A stretch of 64,000 nucleotides of DNA from Candidatus Danuiimicrobium aquiferis (GTDB lineage Bacteria > Omnitrophota > Omnitrophia > Omnitrophales > Danuiimicrobiaceae). The position numbers were made by a program, and so were the translations under genes. The notes beneath the pieces were generated by a model, which was given only the letters and a program-made list of their open reading frames with translations, made no database searches and had not been told where the DNA came from. The DNA is taken from assembly GCA_001804285.1 (NCBI GenBank), contig MHFR01000016.1, positions 13,975-77,974 on the forward strand. The letters are read 5' to 3'. Below are positions 1 through 12,000 of this stretch, piece after piece. Position 1 is the first letter of the stretch; the number at the start of each line of letters is the position of its first letter.

Positions 1-3000
1 GAGTTTTCCACGAATTTGTCGGCGAACGTGCGCGCGCCTTTTTGAAAGAACGGATTGACTGGGACATGAATATCGCGGAGCCGCTCGCCGCGCAGGATTG
101 GGTCAGCCGCATGAGCGTGTTAGTCGCCCGGCATAAGGATTTGATTGTGTCTTCGATTAAGGATATTGCTGATCTTGATGACACGCACAAAGTCACTTTG
201 TCTCAGCTTGGCACGGAATGGGAAAGCGAGAAACTGTATCCCGTCTTCGACTGGGGCAGTAGTCCGAATCCTTACCGGAGAGACCTCATTCCGTTTCTTG
301 ACGTGTTCGGAAAAGAAAAATTAAGGTTTCGATTTTGGCGGCATGCGTTGCGCGCTTTGGATGCCGCGAAGGAATCGTATCAATTGTTAGGTGATGTGAT
401 TTGGGAAAAGTGGGCAGAAAATTTAATCAGGGAAGCGACCGATGCCGGTGAGAAAACCAAAATCATCGAACGGATCATTCGCGAAGCAGAACCGCTTGAG
501 GTGTTGAAAACATCGATAGAGACAAGGGAGATGCGCGAAGAAATTAAAAAGTTAAGTATTTTTCAATGGCCGAGCGAAATCTTGTCAACGATCGTCAAAC
601 ATCGTAAGGGACAGTTTGATTTTTACGGCATGTCGGAGAAGAGCCGCTGGACGCGAATGGTTGAGACCTATAGTTTGAGAGCAACATTAATGAGTTTAGG
701 GCTTGGAGTTTTCTTTTTGTTAATAAATTATTTGCTAACGCTAAGTAATTTCGGCGGCAGTTTAGTGTTTCGAATGATTGGCGAGTGGAGCGGCCTCGTC
801 ACACTCGTTTTCGCGTTTATCTTTGTCATGACGGGGGGGATTGTGCGTTTCGTTTTTTCGACAATCCTTCAACGGGATTGGAAAAGTTTGATGGGGTGGG
901 ATTTTATTATTTTGATACAGCGCCAGGCCAAAGATGCCCAGGCGCTTCTTGACGGGTTGTATCTTTCGGGCGACATGGACCGCGCGCATGATGACTTGTT
1001 TCTTGCAAAAAAGGAATTTTGGACTGAAACAGCGAGGTTTTTGACCCTTTTAGGGTTTGTTGGGATATGGATCGTTCCGGTGTTTGCAATGCAATTAGGT
1101 CTCTATCCATCGATGATGGTATTCGGGCCGGTAGCGCTTGTTCTGCCATTTATTATTATTGGGCTTCAGTATGGTAAGTTTTCGGCGATGCGGAAAGCGA
1201 GTCAAAAACTTGAAGCGATTCGCCGTGCCGACGAAGAGGCATCCGTCAATACCTTTAACGATACGCATCGCTCCGAAGTTCGCTTCAATACGCCCAAAAC
1301 GGGGACAGGTTCTGGATCAACGAAATCAGAACCTGTCCCCGTTTTGGGTAGCCTTTATCAAAGCGCGCAAGTGTCCTCGCAGTTTTTTGCGAGGGCCGAA
1401 GCGCGCCAGCTTGTGCGGTCACCAGTTACGAATCAGCAGAGAACGCAAAGCCTGTCATTCCCGCATGCCTTAAGCGGGAATCTACAGCCTTGGATCCCCG
1501 CTTCCGCGGGGATGACACAAAAACTACGTGCCGAAGTTCGGGCGGCGAGGAAACCGAAAATTGATTCGCAGGAAAAAGTCATGACGGCGATCGATCCGAA
1601 TACGCACACCATTTTTATCGAAGCGCGGAAGGAAATACTGGATCAATTCGTAGTGAATTTGGCCAAGCTGTTATCGATTTCGGTAGAGGCGTTGCCGGTT
1701 GACATTCAAAATTTCTTGGCTGGTTCATCCAAGTCACTTGAATTGGGAAACCATTACTTTTTGCGCCGGCTTTCTTCCCCGGCGGACGGTGAACTTGCAC
1801 GGTTTGTTTTCACTTACCACATGAACAATCTGGCGTACGGCCAACAGGAAATATTTGATCAAAATAAGATTTGGGAAACTACGCAGACTACTTTTAAGTC
1901 GGTTATCCGTGGGACGATCGGGAAAACTCGAAAACTGGTTGAGACGGTTGAAAAGCCTATTTCCGAAAGGCAATTTTCAAGGTGGCTGACGGGAAAAACT
2001 TCCGGTGAAGCGGAGACGGTTCGAAGAATTCGGGAGATGACTGAAAAAGCGGGCGTTCTGAGCGCACGCGGCGATTTTGATCAGGCGGAACGTTATTTTT
2101 ATAAGGCTTTGCAATTGATCGAGCGGCATTCAACCGTCGAGGATTTAATTTATAAGTTGCAAGCGGGTGACGACACTATTCCGGTGTTACTTTCGGGCGA
2201 AGACGGCCTTGTCCGTGGCTATCTTCGGCAATTTATGAAAGCTCCGGAAGAAGCGATTGAGGATTTGGATCGTGTTGTGGAGATCTTGGATATTGTGGAA
2301 ACCGAGTTTGTCCGAAATCCCGTAATGGACGCGAGCGTTTGGGTGCCATCACTGATTGCTGCATATGTCGAACTCGCAAAGGCCTGCATTCATGATGACA
2401 GGGTTCCTCCGGGATTGAACGCCGTACGCCGTGCGTTCGAGTTGGTGGAGCAATTTTTGGAAATTACGGAAGCATCGCCGGAAATTGCGACTCTTTTTCA
2501 GGTTTTGCTCGATGGGATCGAATCCATGTGGACCGTGCCGGCTTTTGAGAACAATGCGCTTTCACGGGATGAATTTATTGATGAACCGGTTGAAGCGATT
2601 CGTATCGGAAATCAGATTTTATCCGAAGAGAAATTCCAGGCCCAAGTTCATCCTGAGGCGGTGAAAAAATTCCGCCAGCTCGAAAAAGACGTCAATGACC
2701 GGTTGAAACAGCTACAAATGCAGTACGAGGCGAATTCGTTTGATTGGCGCAATTGGCTTACGGGGCCGGATTTTAATTTAAATCAAGCGGTGACGTTGCT
2801 TGCCAGCGGTCCGGAAGCGCAATACGGGCTTTTTCACTATATGGTGCATCCGCAGTTCCGGCAGGTATCTGTTGTCGGACAACAGCATGCATTTCGCGCG
2901 ATGGAGAGCTTGGTCCGGTCAGAGAGGATCCTTTTGAGCAACGATTATATGTGGGAGCGTTTAGAGGCGCTTGAATATGTGACAGACCGTTATGCCATGA

Positions 3001-6000
3001 AAGAGTTCAGTGAATTTGCAGACGCTGTGAGAGAGTGGCGGCGTCCGCGAGCAAGCCATCCAGCCGGAATTGTGTCTCAGCAAGCAGCCAAACGTTCTGA
3101 GGATGTGTTGCCAATTCCTATCAAGAGGTCTGCTGCTTTGGTGCGGCAGACAATAGCGCTTTTAGAGCGAAAGGACGTGGATGTGTTGGCCCAGTCAATC
3201 GCGCATGCAGCTTCCTTGATTCCGGTGCGTACGCGTGCGGTCAATCAGGAGGATGTCAGAAAATGGACTCATCAGCTCGAATATCCAAAATTCAGAAATC
3301 AAGCGGAGGCCTTGCTTGTCGCGCGCGCAAAAGAAGGAGACTCAATCAAACAGATAGCATACGAAGCTACATCGGCTTTGGGTAGCGATGGAATTGCTGC
3401 ATCTATCGCTGCGATTTTTCTTGAGCTTGCGAAAGTGAACCAACGAATCACTATCCGTGCGCTGGTAAGTGTGAGCCAAAACCGGCAGCTGGGTCAAGCA
3501 TCTTTAAGGCTGCTTCGATGGTTTTTTGAAGATGACGAAGATCGTGTCCTTGCGATTTTGCGAGATTTTGCTTCTCCAAGCGAAGAAAATCCGCTGCTTC
3601 GCGAAAAAGCAGGTCTAGTGTTGGCTCAGTTCGTGCGTTCCGAAGCGCGAAATACCGATTTGTCGAAGGGTGATGCGGGAGCGGGTAAGGAAGGGGCTGA
3701 TGAATTGGTCGTTCAAATTGCTCGGCTCGCACAAGAAATCCGTAATAGGATAGAGATATTTATAGTAGAGGATACGAATTTTGCATTTCAGGAGCAAGAG
3801 CTGGAGGCCATTCGCAATGCGATGATTCTACTTGAAAAACTTGAAAGACAATCTGGATGGAAATTAAAAAAATTGCCGCCGAAAACGGAAGTAGTGACAA
3901 GAAAATTTAATGAATTAACAGAACAAGTTAAGAAATACCGGATAGCACTTTTGGGAAGCACAGCGGATGAACAAGTAGCTATGGCTTTGCCCGGAAGCAA
4001 GTTGAGCATAGAGCAGCTGCCATGGGGGAATGGGTTTATTGCGCAAAGGTTAGAAGCGTTTAAGGGAACGCTACAAAAAAGAATGAACACAATTCGCGAA
4101 GCGACTCGGATTATCGGGGTTGGCTATTCCAGCCTTTATGGGTTTGTGAGAGACCATCCCGATGCGGCGGAGTTTTATCATATCCGACAACCAGTCCTCT
4201 CTCCTCGGAGGGGAAAGCCTTCCAACCGGGCCGAAGCGCGCCACTCTGAAAATAGTTCCAAGGAATTATTAACCAAAGCGCGCAAGAGTCCTCGCGATGC
4301 ACAAGAGGATGGAGCGAGGGCCGAAGTTCGCTTCGAAAAAGATAGTACAAAAGAGATGCTTTATCAAGGCGAACGAGTGTCTTCGATACGGTCCAATATG
4401 GATGTATCGAGGGCCGAAGTGCGCGCGAAGGGGAAAAGCGGGCAGCTTTTAGGAATCGTGGTCCGAGGCGAAGACTCACCTCTTTGGGGGCAGTTTCAAG
4501 CCGCTGTTATCGGGGCGCTTCAAGTGAAGAGAGTTCTTGAAATCACACCGGCCAATCTTGAAATTTTTCATTATTCGCCACTTGATGGTGAAATCGGGGT
4601 TCTGTCAGTGACGAACAACCACAAACAACACAACGATTCTGGCAGTGTTGCGTTGGTGACATATAGTCTGAGAGTTGAGCGGGCGAAGCATGCCTCTGCA
4701 AAAGGCGGAAGCCGTAAAATTCTTAAAATCTCAGGACAAGACACCGGTTCGAATTATCAGAGCCTCGGTATGATGCGCCTCTTTTACGCTTATTTAAGCG
4801 CGTTCCATGGCATCAATCGTTTTGTCATTGACGTTAATACCGCACCCCGATTTCTCAAACGGTTAAAAGCGCAAGGTTTCATCCTTTCAATCCGCCAAAA
4901 AGGTTTATTCACCACCGTTGATTTGAATCATGAAAAATTAGCCGCCGTACTCCGTGTGTCTAGAGCTGAAGCCCGAGATAAGGGTGTTAAAACAGCCAAA
5001 AAGAGAATGAATGAAGAGGCCAAACTTCGCCGTCGCGCGGGGCGTTTGCGCAGGAATATTTGGAACTGGATTGCGGAAAATCCGGTTGTGTTTAAACGGA
5101 CACGACAGAAATATGTTACCAATGCACTCGGCCGGTTCAGGAAATACATCGACGAAACGCACGTAAGATTTGAACGGAAATGGCTCGATTATTTAATCAA
5201 AAAAGAGGCAGAGGTGACTCGTGTTTCATTGCCGGATCAACGGATACTCAGAATGATTTTTATTCCTCTTCAATCATTTATTCCGTTTTTCGAAACGCAT
5301 CAATATCCGGACGGTGATACCAGAGGTTTCGGTTTTTTGGAGGTTAATAAACGCAGCATTGGTTCTGGATTTTATTCTTATTCCCGGACTACCGGGGATA
5401 TGATTATCGGATTTCGGATCTTTCAGGAATTCCGCGAAAAAAATAACAAAGAAGTTTTTAAGGCGTTTTTGAATGCGCTTCTTCGTAAATTTCATCCGAA
5501 AAGATTTGTTGTGCCGAACCAGCAAATACATAATGCTGACACATCGCCGGCAGCCACTCTTTTTTATCTTAAGAGTGGTTTTATCCCTTACGGCGTTTCC
5601 CATAAAATACAAGCATCGGTAGACATGCGTTTTGTGCAACTGATGGAAGGACAGCGCTTGAGTTTGAAAACGATCCGTTCTTTGCACGATCGAATAGAAA
5701 GACATATTACCTTCACCGAAAACCCTTGGCTTTATGAAGGCGTTTGGGTTTCTCCGTTGATAAAACCCAAGAACGGACGATCGGAAGTTCACTCGCAGCC
5801 TCTTATTGATCAGAATGATGCTGCGAGTACAGCTTGGCCCTTAACGGCGTCGACTGTGTCTCCGCCAAGGGCTGAAGCGCGGATTTTTCATTCCGGTATT
5901 TTAGACCGTGGATTTCAAACAGAACTTAACGGGAACCAAGTCTATATGAAGGGACTCGACCGCGTCGCGTCACATCTCCTTTTGCCGAAGCGGTCCGAAG

Positions 6001-9000
6001 CGCGGGCGGACCGGTATGGGATCGATTGGGATGCAGTCGCGCGCGGGCTGTCGACGCAGCTTAGGAACATTGAAACGTTTGTTGTTGAGGCGACCACGCG
6101 TAAAGAATGGGCCGAAGTCACGCGTGAAGTGGAAAAACTGATCAACACGTTCAAAAAAGGCGTGCAGTTTGCGCCAACGGAGGTATTAAAAGGCCCTTCC
6201 TATGAGCAACTTTTCTTTCGGCTAAACCGTGTGGTCAAAATAGTGGCCGAAGAAACGGCAAAGATGCTTGTATCCCGCATTAACTCGGATGTGCTTATCA
6301 TTCTGGCGCAGCTTTCGCTTATAGTATTTCTTTTCGCCTTGGTAAGTCTTCCTGTCGCGATCGGTTTGTCTGCGCTGCTTTCCATTGGTTCGGTTTTGGC
6401 TCTGACCGGTATCTTGCGCGATCAAAATATGCGTAAGGTAACAGCCTCATGGCTTGCTCAAAAGCAGCGGGACATCGACGATCTGGCCGCGAACGGGCGG
6501 AAAGAAGACGCTTTCAGAACTGAACGTTCCGAAGCGCGGACGGAAACAAGCGGACAACCCCAAAAGTTTTGGGTGCCACACCGTGTGTTGATTGTCGAAG
6601 ACGATGATGTTTCTGCGCGTTTTTATAAAGCACAAATAAGGGCGTTTTGGAATTTGAACGAAGATCAAATTGACATCGTCTCTTCTGGAGATGAGGCAGT
6701 TTTGCGTTTTTATCCTGAATATCCGGCGACCTATGATCTTCTCATACTAGATCATGATTTGCCGGGCGAAATCCATGGTAAGGATGTTTTAGCCCTGGCG
6801 CGGCTCAAATCTAAACAAACAATGATTGTCTTTAACTCAGCCAACAGTGTTGCGAGACAATCGGTAAGAGATTCCGGGCTGGCCGATCTGGTTGTGCCCG
6901 GAAAGATCGGCGTTGAAAAAGACTTGTCGGATCCAAAATCAGATATCAGCGTTTGGCTCCGTGAAACAAACAGCATTGCTTCCTCTCGGCGGTCCGAAGC
7001 ACGAAGTGAATTCCCATTAAATCAAGAAGAAGAACGGATTTTGCGCGAATTGGGAATGTCTGTTGATGAAAAAACAGGAAAACTTTTTTATATCGATAGA
7101 ACCGGTGAACCGAGAGTCGAACTCGAGGCAGATGTGTCAATTGTGCGGCACGGTGAAACTTTACTGATTGAACAAAGCAGAAAAGATGGGCTTCAGCGTT
7201 TTCAGGGAGCATTAGATGGCCCGGAGAATCAGCTCTCGGAAGAAGGAAAACGGCAGGCCGAAGAATCGGCATTGAAATTATATCAAGAGCTTATTGAAGA
7301 ACGGAAGCTTGATCCCCGTGAACTTATTCTTGTTTCAAGTCCATTGACAAGAGTGTTGGATACGCTGCAGGCTTTTATTGATCTTGTTAAGGAAAGAACC
7401 GGATATGAACTAAAAATAACGCGTGATGAAGAGCTCGAGCGCCTTGCTATCGAAATCAGTTTTGGCGCCTATGAAAATTTAACCGAACCGGAAATTCGCG
7501 CCATGGGCGAAAAAGATTATCAACTTGCCCGGGCGTTTCGAAACGGCCATGCGCTGGTTCGATTTCCGGCGGGAGAGAAACCGGGCGAAAGTTTCGTCCA
7601 GGATTTAGTCAGAGCGTATTATTTAACGAAATATATCAATGAACATTACCGCGGGAAACATGTTGTTCTTGGAAGCCACGGGACGACTTCTGGCGCGATG
7701 CGAGTCATTCAAAAAGATCCGGCCATGTTTAATGCCGATGGATTTGTTGATTGGCGAACGAATATGCTAAAGCCGGCTCAGGTCTTCCATTTATCGAAAA
7801 TGAGCCGCCGCGCTCCGTCTCAAAAAGGCTGGAGCGATAAAGAACTATTGGGATTAGCCAGAAGAGCGTGGAATCTCGGCTATCAGCCGGAAGAAAAATC
7901 CGAGCGGCCGGTTCCTGATGTTATGGGATTGATCGCGAAACAATTGGCCGTCGAAGATAATCAAAAAACCCGCCGACCGGAAGCACCTAACGAAATTGCC
8001 AGAGCCAATTCATCGGAGGGCATTCAACGACAGATTAAAGCAATTAATGATAGTCTGGTTAAGTTGAGGCGTATGGAACTTGACTTACTCACCCGGCTGC
8101 GTTATCCCACTGAACACACTTTTCCCTACTGGCGGAATATTTCGGAGAAAGAGTTGCGCGCAGAATTGGAAGCAGTCAGAGCACAAATTGCAAAATTAGA
8201 CACAACAGCAAATGCTCTGAGGGATAAACTCGGTCGTTCCGAAGTTCGCAACATTAATAATAGTTCCGGGTTCCGAGTTTCTGGTTCCGAGTTAAATTCA
8301 CAATTAGGAACTCGGGACTCGAAACTCAAAACTTCCGCCGAAGGCGGACGTGCCGAAGTGCGGCAGGTGAAACGGCTTGTCAATTTTAATCGCATTGTTG
8401 ATTATCTTAAGAAACAAAAAATATCACAACAGGCGCTTCATTATTTAAACGAAATGCGTTTTGATTTTCAAATTCATATGACCGACGAAAGTAATGTTTT
8501 GAAACGCTTTGATTTCTCTGCATTGGATGAGGAGGATCGTCTGGTTTTACAGGAAGCTCTGAACAAATGGGTAGAAATATTTCAACAATGCAAAGCTTAT
8601 ATTAATGGAGAGGCGTGGGTTAGATATTCTCGAGTCCTCGAGTTTCTTTTGGCGGAATATGGTGGCTTAGAGAAACTGAGAGGAAAAAAAGTGGTTGAGC
8701 TCGGGCCATCTGACCGGGATGGGCTCTTGCGGTTTTTGAAAGATTCCGGGATTGATTCAATAGGATACGATGTGAATCCTGCGGTTCAAAATGATTTAGT
8801 GAAACCGGCGGATTTTTTTCGGGTGGCTGAGGATTATGCGCCAAACACGGTCGAAGTTGTATTTAGTGTTGATTCATTAACGGTGCCGTATATGATCCAA
8901 GCGAGCGGATATAGCCGCAATGAAGTTTATCGCACGGAAAACATGAATCGCTTGATGAAAGATTTGAACAGAATGATGACCTCAACAGGAACAGTGATTT

Positions 9001-12000
9001 TTGAGATGGAGCCGGTTCAAGATTTGGATACGTCGGGTTTTGCAATCATTGAACAACCATTAATGGACCTTCGTGGATTTTGGGTTTTCAAAATACAACG
9101 TGCCGAAGTTCGCAACCTTGCAGACCAAAAAGGGGACAGGCATATGACTCCTGTTGAGCAATTGCCTGTCCCCTTTTTGGCTAATCAAGGCGAACGAGTG
9201 TCCTCGCAGCCTTTTGCGAGGGCCGAAGCGCGCGCGGAGAGTCAGCCATTTTTTGTCGAACGGAAGATGCCGTTCGTTGAGATGGTGCAAGCGCTGCCGG
9301 AACTCTCTGAAGAATTGAAAGCCCAATTTGATTATGCGCGTGCAATTTATTTTGGGGATAAAAATCGTGCGGCTGATTTATGGAAATCGCTGGCTGAACA
9401 TGGATATAAGCTCATCGGAGGGAAATGGTACGCCATGGTGTTTTCTGTCAAAATAACGCTGGCCGGGGCGAGTATTGAGCCACTTCAACCAGACAGCTTC
9501 TTCTCGCATCTTCAGGTGGTGTTGGGCCATGAACTCAAGCATCTGGATCCTGCTTTGGCCATGAAGCTGTATGAGCATCTCGGATACTTTTTTTCAAATA
9601 TGAAAGTTGATCCGAGAATTCTCCCGACGGTATTTGATCTGGATTTGAGCCGCGCCTACTATTCCGAAGGCACACTTCCGGACGGAAAAGTTTTAACGCA
9701 TGTTATATTCCCTAACACCATTAACAGAAGCGTGTCAACGTCCGATTATGTGAGCGAATTTTTCTTTGTGGATGGTGTGTTCTATGCGTATGGAGCCATG
9801 CATGACTTTTGGTCGAATGCTGAGTTGGAAGAAAGCTTTTCAGTGCTTGAAGCAGAAAATGGAAATGCGATTGGACGTGGCGTTCCTCACCTTGCCCGTG
9901 ATGTATATGAAGCGCGTCTCAAAACCATTTTGAAAATTCTGCCGGGCCGGGTGGTGCGAGTTCCGTCGGCACAATTCTCTCTGAAAGCAGACGGGCACAG
10001 CGCGCTTATTTTTTATCTCAAACTCGGGTTTCGCCCGCGGCCTTTGCCGGAGGATATTGACTTGAGAAGCAAAGTTGATGACTGGATGGCAAAGCTTGAT
10101 AGCGATCCAAAACTCCGTATTCCCGAGCGTGAAATCGAACGGTTTTTATTGCGCATGGGAGAAAAAAACCTGTATTACATTCCGCCGGAAATGTTGAGAA
10201 GGGCCGAAGCGCGCTTGAATTCGGTTAATTCAACCACTGCCCTATCGCAACTATTAAATAAAAAGGATTTATTGAATGAAGCGATAGGACTGTCATGGCT
10301 TCCGATAAATATGTTTTCACATAGTCAATGGAAAGCCATGGCTGCTTCGGGCGATGCATTGAGGCATCGCTCCGAGCTGCGAGCGGGGTTACCCGAATTG
10401 AATGGAGAAATTCCGGGCGAGTTTACGCCGAAACAAGTTGCGCGGAAAATCCGGCAATTTTCAAAACAAGCTTTTGAGGAGAAGGAGCGCGGTAAAAAGT
10501 TCAACCTTGTTTTGACACAAACGGAAGAACAGCTTCCGGAAGAAGTGACGGTGACGGCGAGAAATTTAGATGCGCGTATGAGACGAGTGAACCGATTTTT
10601 AGCAGGATTTCCGAAGGGATACAGGTTTAAACTTTACTTCGTCAACGCTCAAATTCCCGTATTGATAGTGTCTCAAGCTCAAGAAATTCCAGCTGGCGCT
10701 ATTGTCAAAGCAGACGTTTTAATGAATAAGTTAAAACATGCGAATGATGCACTCGTCAATATCATGATGACATTAAATCAAAGTAAAAATCTAGTGACGA
10801 AAGGAAATTTAACGCATCTTCGAAGGCAACTCGCAATTGTGAGACAAATATATGATGACCAAGAAGGAATGTTAAAAAAAGAATTTCAGAAAGCCTATGC
10901 AAATGCAGATAAAACTGACTTTTTGCTTATGTTTATGTTGGCTGGTGCGCTCAAAGCTGTGGCGCACATTGTCGATCAAGGAAGCCCGAAATTACCCCAA
11001 CCTGTGAATTTTACAAATTTGTTGCAGTCATTAATGCCCATGACGAAAGCATTCGATTATCCGATACAGGTTACGGATGACACCTCAATTTTAAATCGCT
11101 CCGAAGTACGACTTATGCAACCGATGATGGAAAATGCAGCTGAAATGAAAACCGCTCGACCGAGCGCGACTCAACCGAGCAGTGTGGAACAATTGGAAAA
11201 TGCGAGGGATTATTTGAATCCGGCTTTAAGTTCGAGCCGGGTGACGCGTTTCGCTAAATCGGGAATTGAAGCGCCAACAACATCTTCGACGGCTACAAGG
11301 CGTGTTTCAACAGAAATTAATCGTTCTTCGACCCCACCAAGACGCTCTTTAACTTCATCCATATCTGTACGAAGCGCACCCAAGCCTTCAGCAACAACCC
11401 GAAAATCACTTTTGAGATCTTCAACTAATACACCAACTTCACGTGCGGTAAAATCTGACGTCATGGCAATAACACCTTCTCTTTCTGCGGGAGACCGAAA
11501 TTTAGCAGACAAACCGGAAGTTGTCAATATAAATCAAGATCATAATAATATTGAGTTTAAATCAACGGTAGAGATTCCCACATTGCCTCGCAATGACGAA
11601 CGATTGATCTCTGATTCCTCAATTAACCAAGCTGCCGATCATGTGGCGCTTGCGATTGCGCCGGAATCGGTTTCGTTGAATCCGGGAGACGAAATCCAGC
11701 CGGCGGACGTTCAGCGGGAACTGGTGATATTAAAGGAAGTTGATGTTGATGTGTTCAGTGAAAAACTTCGCGCTGCAGTCATTAAAAAATTGAAAGAACT
11801 CAATCCACAGGTTGACGTTGAAATTGTTGATCCTGAAATCGTGAAACAGTTAACGGGAAACTGGATCGACTTACTCGCGGAAAAATTGAGCGGCAAATTA
11901 TCGATTGCATTTGAAATGAGCGGTCAGTTGACGGTGGATAAAATAGTTGAAGCGTTTCAAGCTGAAGGCTTTCGCGGACGGATCAAAAATTTGATTCTGA

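Noticed and set aside
5274-5792. 172-aa minus-strand ORF inside the giant gene (and other antisense ORFs at 3451-4479, 6200-7272, 8126-9578)
   Set aside because: Antisense to a clearly protein-like sense frame and rich in R/K/S/F junk composition. These are typical shadow ORFs.
1268-11112. Could the regularly recurring ccgaag..cgc motif be a CRISPR array?
   Set aside because: Spacing is highly irregular (tens to thousands of nt). The units are 11-13 nt, not 24-48 nt. They lie inside one reading frame in a fixed codon phase, and no cas genes are nearby.
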